NCBI RefSeq assembly: GCF_026210795.1
Contig: NC_089433.1
Span: 4,216,001-4,280,000, forward strand
Direction of reading: 5' to 3'
Source of the DNA: Rhizophagus irregularis
Lineage: Eukaryota
Length of the DNA stretch: 64,000 nucleotides
In this document: positions 12,278 through 27,487 of the stretch, piece after piece
Numbering within the stretch: position 1 is the first letter of the stretch
Layout: the number at the start of each line of letters is the position of its first letter
Notes under the pieces: generated by a model
Database searches by the model: none
What the model was told of the DNA's origin: nothing
What the model saw: the letters and a program-made list of their open reading frames with translations, nothing else
Program-made: the position numbers and the translations under genes

Positions 12278-14520
12278 TACTCAATTGTTACACAGCAATA
12301 GAAAATTAAGAAACGATTACAATTATCGACTAGATCTTGGACTAAAATGAAATAATACAATTTTTATTTAATAAAATTTGGAGAAAAATAGATAACTTTT
12401 TTTTTATTTTAATAAGAACTATTAATTCAAATACTCGAATAAGTATAATGTTACAACGAAGAATTTAGAAAGAAATTTTTTTTTTTAATAAAATAATAGT
12501 AAACTAGTTATAATAAATAAATTTGTTTTTGTAACAAGAAATCATAGAGATCGTTTGCTCTGCTTGAGAGTTAGAGAATTAACTTCTCTAGGAAAAAAAA
12601 AAAATTTTTTTTTTTTTAGGATCAAAAAAAATATTGTTTGGTGTTACAAAATTAGCGCTCCACATAAAATGATTGGCGCATGGTCTCAAGTGAGGTCCAG
12701 TGATATGCATATGATGCATTCAACTTAATTAAATCAAGAAGGTAATCAGGATAAGGACATAAAAAGAAAAGAATATTTAAAATAAAAAAATTTTACAATA
12801 TAGTCGAACTTTTCTAATGCATCAAACGATTCATAACGTAATAAAAGAAATATGATAATAATTACTAAATTATAACATCCGTCTGATTAAATACTTCTTT
12901 TTGACTTCAATTAAATTTGTGCTACATTTAAAATGCAACATACATGTGCGGAATGCCCCGATCCAAGCAAATGGCACAAACGTATAACTGATAAGTACAC
13001 ATACGTATAAAATGCGTAAAAATCACGTGAGATATACGAAATCATGTGATATTAAATTTACCAATGCTACATATCAAAAATTTCGGTTTTTTTCTATAAA
13101 AATGACTTTCTTTGAAATTAGAAATACTTTCTTCTCGAAACTACGAAATTACGAAATTACATATAATAATATTGTCATTTTACCAGAATTATGATCTAAA
13201 TCCAAAGAAATTTAAGACACTGATAATAATCACCACGCTTTGTAGTATTTTTGAATTGATAATAAATGATAATAAATCATTAAATCAACTTCCAACATTA
13301 TAAATCTTTTCTTTTTCGTATTTGATGTTATTAATGAAATTATATGACGGAAAAAATGTCTAATTTTTTTTTTCTCATTTTTTTCACATCACTAAGTAAA
13401 TTTAGTTATGGCAATTTTTATAATATTTTAAGCTCATTTGTTTTTATTTAATAAAACCCATCATGTAATAGTTCTGATTTCCATATGAGCTATAATTTTC
13501 TATTTAAATAATTTTCAAGAGAAACTAAAATTAAATAACGTCTATGAGATTACTTTAATTGTATAAGTGAAAATAACATGCTATCTTATTAAGGATATTC
13601 CATACCCAAATCTTGTCTTACATGTCAATTTCGAACATCATTTCCTTAAAAGAGTCTAGTTATTCTAATCAGAGGGCTTATTATTTGTCTCGTGGCCGTG
13701 TAAGAATCGAAAAATACTCCGCCGCATTTAAAGGGTTTCAAAGCCTCAAATTTATAAATTACACGATATTTGATACGTGTTCAAAGTTAATGCATTTAAT
13801 CAATCTTTTTTTTTTTTTTTTTGTAACCGTAAAATCATTATCGTATAATCAATCGTATATACGACAATTGTGAAATTGCGAAATTCGTAGTTTCTTGAAA
13901 AAAAAAAACATTCCTTGAAAAGATTAATTAATTTAGTAAAATGTAATTAATTATAATGAATTTGATTGACTGAATGAATCATTTTTGTTGGAAAAAAAAA
14001 AGTCTTTCCTCAACGCAAAAAATGTTATCAAAACTAGCAGATATTTATACTAACGAAATGAATTAAACCATAATGAGAAAAATTCAATCCTAAATTTAAA
14101 AAGTTCTCACGATTTTCTCTTTTAAATAATGAAAACATTTGTTTCTATGAATAAATGAAAATCCAAAAATGTGAAAATCATAGAAAATCACTTAAACAGG
14201 TTCTTCCATGATTTTTACCTTATTTGGAATAAAATTTCATACTAGTACCACTGACGAAATAACTATGAAAAGATTATGAATATTATATATATAAAAGCCT
14301 CAGTCGGGTAAGCACAGCCCGTTTTTTTTTATTACAAAACCAGATATAAGGATCCCATTATAACATAAACTTTTACAATTTTTACAAAAAATTGATTTAA
14401 TTCTTGTTCCATTAATATCCTTTAAAAAAGGAGAAATTTCTTTTCGCATGATTATTATTTAAAAAAAAAAATTAAAATCAACAATTACGAGTAAACAAGT
14501 GTATATAACTATATATAAAT

Positions 14521-15957
14521 ATGAAAAAACGAATATCAATTTTATTTTTAATTGCCATAGTTGTTTTCTTACAAGGTAAGGGAGAATTTATCTTAAAATG
14601 ATTTCACATGACGCAGTAAATTAATTTTCATTATCAATAAGGCGGGGTATATGGTCAGTCATCAAAATGTGTGGACCATGGATTTTGTTTTAAAATAACT
14701 CCACCAGCAAGTGTTAATGATCCTGTAAGCTTATACACTTTTGAATTAGAAGCTCCAGCATCTATAGGGTAATTTAATATACCGTATTACGCTAATAATT
14801 TCTAAGGATTCTCAAATTAAATAACCTTTTCTATTATAGGTGGGTCGCACTTGGAGTTGGTCCATCTATGATTGGAAGTTACATAATAGTAAATATTATT
14901 TTTTTTCTCACTATAAAATAAAAAATCCTATTTATTCAAATCGTAATTCTATTTCTTTAGATGGCTTGGCCTTCAACGAATGGATCAGCTATAATTACCC
15001 AGCGTATTGCGGAACGATATAGTGTACCGAGAGTCACATCTCAACAAAGTGATCTTAGTTTAGATGCCACTTCCAGTGGTGTAAAAAATGGAAAATTCAT
15101 TGCAAAATTCACTCGAGCAGTTTCGGTTGCTGGATCATCGATTGAATCAAGTGGACAAGATTTTGTTTGGGCCCTTCAGACAGAAGAAAGACCTCCAGAT
15201 GATGCATCTACTCGTGACATTTTTATTCATAATAGTAAAGGTCGTTATACCTATGTCATGGATGCAAATGCCGTTGGAATTAGTAGTTTAAGCAGATATG
15301 ACAAGTACATCTTGGCTCACGGAATTATAATGTTCGCTGTATGGGGTTTCTTGGTACCGGGTGCTGTTTTTATCGCAAGATTTACAAGAAATATTATTCC
15401 ACAAAAATGGTTCAAACTTCATTGGGGAATTCAGCAATTCTTAGCATCTCCTTTAACTTTGATTGGATTGATATCGGCATACGTAGCGGGTGTGAGATTT
15501 CATGCTGCTAATACCCATCATTTTCTTGGAGTAGTTGTGTTTGGAGGTTTCATATTTCAACTTACTCTCGGATGGATTCATCATAAACTTTTTGATCCAT
15601 CCAGAAAACATTTTCCATGGTGGACCAAACTTCACTGGTAGATGATATTTTTTTTTAAAAAGAAATATAAATATATCTATACTTAATATAATAACTATGT
15701 TACCAACTTTCTTTAGGTGGTGGGGACGCATATTGATTCTTTTGGCGTTTATACAAATTCTTTTGGGATTACAACAATATAATGCATCTCACGGAGTCTT
15801 CGTTGGATATTATATCTATGTTCTATTTATCCTGTCATCCTATGGAGGTATATCTTATTATTTATACAGGAGGAGGAAGCGCGATTTAGAGACGTTCGCC
15901 AAATCGGATGTCCTTTACACAGGAATACGTCAAGATGATGTAGAGCAACAGAGTTAA
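14521..15957 (+). CDS. Secreted/membrane DOMON + cytochrome b561 domain protein (ferric-chelate reductase-like), 382 aa
   Basis: Exons 14521-14575, 14642-14768, 14840-14888, 14961-15637, 15717-15957. Signal peptide MKKRISILFLIAIVVFLQG. DOMON motif GWVALGVGPSMIGS with a distal His. b561 helices with His ligands (AHGIIM, LHWGIQ, HHFLG, LHWWWGR). Confidence 0.9.
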
Positions 15958-16710
15958 GTGGAATTTTATTATGATGTGTATATTAAAAGTGTATATTAAT
16001 AGGAATATATATCATTGTATCATGTATTTTTAGTCTTTGTAATATATAATATCATTTGTAGTTTAAGAATATATCCTCATATTATCTAATTCATTTTCTC
16101 TCTTCATTTTATTCTAAAATCTCGCCAACCTTGTCGGAATTTTTTATTTTTTTTTCATAAATATAGGTCTTTTGATTACTTCTACGTAAACCAACAAAAC
16201 TACTATACTCCATTATATTCAACACCTTCAGATCAATATAATATCAACGGTGGAAGTGCTAATTATTTCTTATATCAATTAAGATTTAATATGTTGGATA
16301 ATTTAGGCATACAATATGAAGCTACTCTATTTTGTATTTTATTATTATTTGTTATACTTTTTATTGTAGGAATCTTTACATTAATTTACATGAATAGTGG
16401 TTTGTTATTCTCATAATTATTATCAAAAAAAAAAAAATTTAAAAAATTTTAGTTTTATTTATGGTCATATATATACATGTAATTCGAGTAGAAAATATTG
16501 GTCAGGGAAAGAAAATCCTCATTGTACATACACAACTATCAAAAGACTTATATTTTGAAAATAAAAAATTCCGTCACTTAAAAATGAAACGTAGATCAAT
16601 CGCGCGAAAAATCGTGATGATGGATGTATGTAACACAAAATGATTAGATAAAATTAAGAAATTAAAATAAAAATTATCTTTTTTTTTCTTTATATTTTTT
16701 TTAAAAAAAC

Positions 16711-19804
<3,094 letters not shown>

Positions 19805-21338
19805 TAAACAATAATGTGCAGCAATTAAATGAATAAACGGATGAGGTAAATTGACGAAAAAAAATTATTGGAAATAGTATAAAGAAGGGGTGGTGGTGTG
19901 AGCGTGATATGCTAAGTCATGCAATGATGTACGTTATGATGCGACCATAAAAAGGAATATGTGTGTACTCATAATAATTTTAGAAAGAGGTTCAAGATCT
20001 ATTTTGAATACAAAGAGTTGAGTTATTTATTTATGATTTAAAATAAATCAAATCAAATAAAAATCATTACCTTCTAATACCTAAAATTATAAAGTTTTGT
20101 CTTTTTGTCTTTTGAAAATTTTTTAGCTATACAAAATTATTTACAAAAAGTAATAAAGACAACTTTAGATGCTAGAATTTAATGCTTTCGTAAAAAAACC
20201 TATAAAATTTGATTAACTGTTAATTGCACAAATTTTGCATTGATCATCATTAACGTAAATTTAATTAATTTTGCAAAACATTACATAAACAATTAATACA
20301 AATTTTAAAAACAAACAAATTTTACAAATAATAAATTTGTGGTCAATTATTATATAAGATAAGAGAATTACACCGCCAAGACTTACTCCGCTCACAAGGG
20401 AAATTTTGTTTAATTACAACACCAACGAAATAAGTGCACATTAATATTCATAAGTTGAAAGCTTCGCATACCACACAAGAAACCAATCGATTAAGATTTC
20501 ACGAAATTTTTAATTGGTTATTACATTATTTACGAGATATTTTGAAAACATTAAATTTAGATTTAATCAATATAATGTATTAATTAACGATTTAATGTAT
20601 TAATTAACGATTAATAGCGAAGTTGAAATCATAAAAAAAAATTATCAAAAAAAAAATTGATTCAACTTCGAACACCCACTTTTTATTTATCCTACTTATA
20701 ATAGACTATATTTTTACACAAAAAAAAATAACCTTAGTCTTTTTTTAGATAATTAACGAGTTTCAAGTTTCATAAAAATCATATTATGTAGATAAACATG
20801 AAATTCTCACATTCATCATTGACTGATTGATTGATATGATTTGATTAATTAATAATAATAATGTACCGCGTATCAATTTGCGGCTGCAACGCTGCAACGA
20901 TAATTTTTAATTTGATGATCAGAAAATTTAATAATTTTTATTTGCACAACAAACAAAAATAATTTTTAAAATTTATGAATGGTCAGATAAATTTTTATCA
21001 GTTTAGTATACAAAATTTCAAATAAACATTAATAATTCCCGTATCCCAAATATAATAATGACAATTGATGCAATGCTTCACAAAAAACATGGTACTAACT
21101 TTTTTTCCCCAATCCTCATCAGCGAATACTTGCGCAGAATTCCTATTATACCTATTTTTGGTAAAAGTTTAGTAACATTCAAGCAATGAGATTAAATTCC
21201 GTAAAACAAAAATAAAAGTTTGATAATTAAAATTAATGTTTATCTTTAGCATAAAATTAAAAATTCGATGCAGTGATAAAAATTATAAAAGGTCATTAAC
21301 TGGGCAATCTCAAATTTTTTTTCAACAATAAAAAAAAA

Positions 21339-22008
21339 ATGAAATTCCAATCTACTCTTATCCTTGTCGCTCTTTGCATCCTCTCTACCTTCTCTGCTTC
21401 TGTAACTGAAGCTAAACAATGCTTTCAAAAACAAAACGCTAGAGAAGCTACATTACTTAATAAAAAATTTGACAAACTTAACAAAAACTCCCCATGCAAA
21501 ACTGGTGAGACTGTTTGTATTAAAGGACAAGTCGCCCAATGTGATCAAGGAAAATTTGTTCTCACTTCTTGTGGTCCTACAACAGAATGTTTTGCACTTC
21601 CACTCGTAAATAGTCCCGGTACTAGCATAGCTTGTGACAAAAGCGAAGATGCTGCTAATCGTATCAAACTTGCTCGCCAATGTAAGTGTCTTATCTTTAT
21701 CCCATAGGTATTATGTATACACCGACGGATTTTTTTGTCAATTACTCCACTGGATTAAAAAAAAGTATAAACAAGTATAAAATCCATCGGCGTATACGTC
21801 ATACACAATGAGATAAGTCTGTTATTTCATGGATATCTAATAAATACTCCATATACACCGGCCCCCAAGGCATCGGTGAATATTTTAGTTATTCATTGAT
21901 ACCCATGGAATAGCACGTATTTATTCTACAATATACAAATAAACTTTTATACTAAATGTATTTAATTTTCTTTTTTAACATATTTTAGGTCGAGGAAAAA
22001 CCGGTTAA
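21339..22008 (+). CDS. Small secreted Cys-rich protein, CBM19-like (putative chitin-binding), 120 aa
   Basis: Signal peptide followed by FQKQNA..A..LN.KF and C..GE.VCI.G..AQC..GKFV...C....CFALPLVNSPGTSIACD. Intron 21682-21988 (gtaagt...ttag). Exon 2 adds CRGKTG*. Confidence 0.85.
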
Positions 22009-22546
22009 TCAAAAAGCAAACGATAAATTTTATTATCCGAGATAATTAGATAATTTGAATAAATTATTTTGCTTTTCCTTTTTTTTTCCTTAAATTTATT
22101 TTGCTTTTCTTCTTTTTTTCCTTAAATTTATTTTAGCTTCTATTAGCATTTGTTTTAGACTTAAACCTGTTTCATTTTTTTTTCTTTTAGCATTCAGAAA
22201 TACGAGAAAATTACACTCTTTTTTTTTTTTTATTAGAGATAAAGAAAAAAAATTTTTTATATTTCTCATTTTCATCATCCTTTTCGTATCAATAAAAATA
22301 CGAAAAAACTTTTACATTCTTTTTATTAGAAATCTTCATATTTATACTAATAGATATCAATAAACATGACAGAGATTATTCATCATTGATAATCTTTGCC
22401 TCTTTTTATATAAAAAATTTTTTTTTTGAAATTATAAAAATTTTAATAATTATTATCAGCTAAAATATCCAAAATTTTAAAAAGAGTGACATATTTCGAA
22501 TTTGATCAAAAATAGATCTTAACCTTTTACCCGTTCACTTTTCCAG

Positions 22547-22831
22547 GGGGAAAGTCCTCGATTCCATTATACTAGTAGGGACAATCAATGGAAGTTCCAA
22601 TTCACGAATCCGGACAGCCCCTTCAAGGGAGAATATCCAAAGATTGCCCATTCTTACTGGCACATGGTCGCAAAACAACCTCGGTGATGTTCAGCGCATC
22701 AACACGAATGGGTTCGTTCAAGAGAAGCATTCAGACAAGCACTTATTACTTGCCCAGATGATGCATCCACAACTCTAAAGGCTTTCAAGTTTGAGACCTC
22801 AGGATACTGCTGCGTGAAGAACGCTAACTAG
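22547..22831 (+). pseudogene. Isolated GC-richer coding-like exon relic of unknown family
   Basis: 95 codons after a ttttccag acceptor with a single internal TGA at 22685-22687. No upstream exon found. Confidence 0.4.
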
Positions 22832-23277
22832 GTTATTTTATTTTTTCTGGACTAGTGAGCTGACAGTGTAATTGAACAGACCTGTGGAATATATAATCCA
22901 ATGATCATAAATTAAGACGAGTAGATTAATTGTTCGTATTCAATACTTTATTTTAAAATAATCCTTGATCTCCAAAACCAAAAATTTAAAAATGAATAAA
23001 AATTAATTTTGACCAAAATTTACAATAATTCCGGCCATGTTTTTTTTAAAAAATCATACCGTTCTTAACTGTTAAGCTAAAATCGTTAATGACAATTTAG
23101 ATCATATGACGATATCCAGTTACGCGCGTCACGTTAAAATTTTTAAATTTTTCCAATTTTTCTAAACATATTGAAATTGAACTAATTCTCAAAAATAAAA
23201 ATTAACCAAGGATTTCACTTTAGTTTATATATAATAGCAGATAATAATTTCCATTTATTAGTTTAATCACCTTAAAT

Positions 23278-23448
23278 TAGAGGTGCAAACTTTACCGACG
23301 TAACTTCCGTAACAAAGTTACGTCAATAACGTCACTGCAGATGCATTTTATAATAATTTATATAATATCGAGCTACGTCACAAGTTACAACCTTTCGTTG
23401 ACTTAATGAGTGACGTATCTAACAAAAAAGAAAAAGTATGCACCACTA
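23278..23448. mobile_element. hAT-like MITE (171 bp)
   Basis: TIRs tagaggtgcaaacttt / aaagtatgcaccacta (14/16). 8-bp TSD ccttaaat at 23270-23277 and 23449-23456. Confidence 0.85.
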
Positions 23449-26400
23449 CCTTAAATCATATTCACGAAATCAGTTAAGAATGGGAATTTGTCATAAATTA
23501 AGAATTTAATTGACGAGTTAAATTAAAATTAAATTGAAAACTTATATTTAGATAGATAGCCCTATTAAATTTATCACGTTACCGACTTAGCGATGCATTA
23601 CATAATTTTTTTTAAATAAATAAATAAATAAATAAAAATGTCTTTTCTCTCTCACTTTTTTTTTGTTATCCAAAGTGAAAATAAGTGAAAATAAGTGCAA
23701 ACTATGTGGGAAATCATTTAAAAAAAATTATACAACACAAATCTTATCTTTAACGAAAACATGGCAATGGTATTACAAAATAGCTTATTCTAATTAAACC
23801 AATATTCTTTGTATTTTAATTTTCAGATAACAATGTGATACAATGTGATACAACCGAAATTTTTCGGATAAAGAACTTGGACACATTTTTCTTTTATAGA
23901 TCCTATCATTTAAACACTATCATCATTTTTAAAAATTTGTTTAACCGTATTTTATAAGTCCTATCATTTATATCTGTTTAATTTATATTTGTTTTGTTTA
24001 ATCATAGAACTTATACAATTAAATTATATTAAACTTATCAATTGAATCATATAAAACTTATCAATTTAATCATATTATAGAACTTATCAATTATTATAGA
24101 TCGATGTGAAAATTACCAAAGCTGTTAGGAGGCGTAAAAAAAAAAAAGATATCATTGTATTTTATAAATGATATACGAAATTACTATTCCTAGCAATCCT
24201 AATAACCTAAATTTTTTCACCAAAAAACTTTGTTTACCTATCGTTGTTGATCTTACCATATTATTTCTTCAAATTTTTTTTTGATCTCATTTCGACTCAA
24301 TTATGAATTTGAATCAAAAATTTTGTGATCAGTGTTGACTGACATGATTGTACGTTCGGCCAAAATAATTTGAGTAAAGAATTAATAAATAATAATATCA
24401 TAATTGACGAGTACAAATCATGGATTGGATTCAGAGAAATAAATACATCACATAATAATTAATAATAGAAATAACGATACAATAAACCATATCACATAAT
24501 AATTAATAATAATTAATAATAATAAGAAAACATGATAAATAACGATACAATAAACCATATTTAGAAATCAATTAATCACAAATGGGGGATTATTTATCAA
24601 AGAATTAAATTTAAACGAAAAACTTTAAATTTTCTGTACTTTTTCTTTTTCACGGAATACTATGAAAAGAAATCCGAAAATACCGAAAATTTGGGGTGTT
24701 TTTTTTTTATTAATAGAAAATAAATGTTACGGATAAAAGAAATTTCATCATCGATTTTTCTACAAAAATATTCTAAACTTAATAAGAATAGTAGTGAAAC
24801 ACAAATAAACTACTCGAATTGAATCAATACTACTTCTCTCTAATCAGATAAAAAGAAATTTCAAATGTGACACGACAGAAATTTTTTTCGTGGTAAAAAA
24901 CTTAAAATTCTATCATAAGAACATAATATTTATAATGTAAATTCATTGATTTGAGAGGCGTTTAAAGATGTAAAGGATAAATTAAAATATTTTTCACACG
25001 AATGCACGACCATTTTCTTGTAAACAATAATTATAATTTGTTGTTTATCATTGAGTATTATATTAAAATATTTTTAATCAAATATGATGAAGATCTTGCC
25101 ATTTAATTTATACAGTATTTTTTTCAAATTCTTTGAAAAACTTTTTCCTTCACTCCGAAAAAGAGCGATCACACATTTTGAATTTGTGTAGATCTTTCGA
25201 TTTCGATTAAATTGACTGGATATTATATAAAAACTATTATAAAGACTATGATGCATAGAGCTAATAGTAATGAGCCGATCTCATTCGGGTCCTAATATCA
25301 TATCATGGGCTAAATTGCACATGAACAGTAATCAATAACCATATTCATGAAATCAATTAATCATGAATGGAAATTGTTTATCAATCAAAAGTTAAATTGA
25401 CGAGTTAAAATTGAAAACCTAAAATTTGTACGATGTCACGAGACATTCATACTATGGTGAGAAATCGATAAGTCCATTTTTAGAAAAAAAGAATAATAAA
25501 TAAAATAAAGTAAAAAACTTTAAAAAACTTTTTCATTATTTCAATTGGTTTATTAAAAAACTTTTATTTATTAACTAAAATAAAAATAGTAATGAATTAC
25601 TATTTCAAGTTGAAATACTCCTTTTATTATAGATAACGATATATTATTTAAACTGTTAATGTGATACAACAGAAATTTTTTTGGGTAAAAGAACTCGATC
25701 ATATCGAATCATTTTTAACGTAAATAATTATTATGTAAAAGTTCACAAGGCGCAATACTATTGTATTCTACACATGGTACAAGAGAATACCATTCTTAGT
25801 AGTAACCCGAAATTTTCAAAAAAATCCCGAGACCGAAACTTTTAAGTTTTTCCGAGTATTTTAATAAAATGGTTAATGTTAATATATTCTTTACCGCATA
25901 CATTAAAATATTATACCATACAATATATTGTAAATCAAAACCCAAAAATATAACAATTAATAATTAGGATCAAAAATATTTGCTCGCGTGACTGATTATA
26001 ACCAATGAAATATGCGAGTGTCACTCACGGAAAAATTTTATTATTATTGCTAACTCAAAAAAGAAATATCATGACGCATACTCATATTTACTTATTGAGA
26101 AATCCCTTTGCAAAATAAATTCATTCCCATTACCAAGAGAAAATATTAGGGAGTAAAAAAAAAAATTTGTATTTGATTATTTTGGTCTTGAATTTTTAAT
26201 TTTCTAAATATGTTATTATGAATAATGATGATTAGTTTGATTATCTTTGAATCTAATCTTTTAAACATAACAACAAATAAAAAATAACGATTTTTTTAAC
26301 TCTGAATGCGTTTAAAATCACGAATCACGTGAAATTTAATTTTATTAAAAATTTTTTTTGGAATTTTTTTTTTTTTTTACAAATAAAGTATTTTATACAA

Positions 26401-26542
26401 AAAAAAATTTCTTTTGAATACTACAAGTGAATATTATTAGTTTTTAATATTTTAATTAATAAAAATATATTTATGTTTTTTTTTTTTTTTTTTGACCAAC
26501 CCAACCTCTTCCCCTTCCGCTTTTTTTAATTTTAGCTAAATT

Positions 26543-27487
26543 TTAGCTCTTTTTATTGTGTGTTGCCAAATGAGCCGTCAAACATTCTCTGGAACATGCA
26601 GCGACAACTTGGCATTTACTACATACTAGCAATTTCCAGATGTCACTTAACTCTTTAGGCTCATAGTCACAACTTACACAGATTGGCTTCACTTTTGGAA
26701 TTTTGCTCTTGAGCTCCTTCATTTTTGATTGTGACTTGTTCACCAACTTGTTTGCAGTTTTGAAATTGCACTCTCCAATTCGTCTGCAAGTTTCATATAA
26801 TCGTATCGCTTCGTCATATTCTTGATCAGCTTCGGCTGTCATGGCTAAACAATAATTAATATGTATTCTTATAGCCCGACATTTTTGAAAATCGCTTTGT
26901 CTTAATTTCTTTATTACTGCGGGATCTTGCAATGTTGACTCAATGTGTCTCATGGCACGAATTCCGGTCATCCAGATATCGTCATCCTTCTTTCTATGCA
27001 TTTGATTTCTAAAAATCTCCGATAATCCCGCGATTACCTCTAATAAAAGGGATACATCCCATTTTTCATTTGGGATCATATAAATTAGCTTAAGAGCTAA
27101 AAGGTAATAAGCCGCTGAAGAAGGATAATCTGGATTTACATCTGAAACTCCTCCCCTGTAAACTAAACCTAATTTTGCTGCAGCGCAAGCACTTCCTAAC
27201 GTTGTTGCTTTTTCTAATAGTTCCACCGACTTGGCAAAGTCTTTTGAAGTTGCTTTTGATTCTGCTTCACATAAAAGGGTGGTGACCTGGCTTACAACTG
27301 GAGGCAAGACATCTTTCTTTTTTTGTAAATTGAGGATTGAAGATCCTCGATTTGATTCAGAGGAAGAAGAACTGGAAAGTTCTTCAAAGTCCTCGGGCAC
27401 CAGGGTCCTAAAATTTACTGTTTCCGACTTCTCAATTTTTTGCTGCTTTTTTAGCAACCCCGCGAAATTATAAAGACAAGCTCTCAT
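26543..27487 (-). CDS. Intronless Sel1/TPR-like repeat protein with C-terminal MYND-type zinc finger, 314 aa
   Basis: Sel1-like segment KSVELLEKATTLGSACAAAKLGLVYRGG..V.PDY..AAYY and a TPR-like helix pair. C-terminal CxxC-x15-CxxC-x5-CxxxC-x3-H-x3-H. Confidence 0.8.
   Translation of the reverse strand: MRACLYNFAGLLKKQQKIEKSETVNFRTLVPEDFEELSSSSSSESNRGSSILNLQKKKDVLPPVVSQVTTLLCEAESKATSKDFAKSVELLEKATTLGSACAAAKLGLVYRGGVSDVNPDYPSSAAYYLLALKLIYMIPNEKWDVSLLLEVIAGLSEIFRNQMHRKKDDDIWMTGIRAMRHIESTLQDPAVIKKLRQSDFQKCRAIRIHINYCLAMTAEADQEYDEAIRLYETCRRIGECNFKTANKLVNKSQSKMKELKSKIPKVKPICVSCDYEPKELSDIWKLLVCSKCQVVAACSRECLTAHLATHNKKS

Noticed and set aside
22685..22687. Selenocysteine codon
   Set aside because: No SECIS identified, no selenoprotein family resemblance and no start exon.
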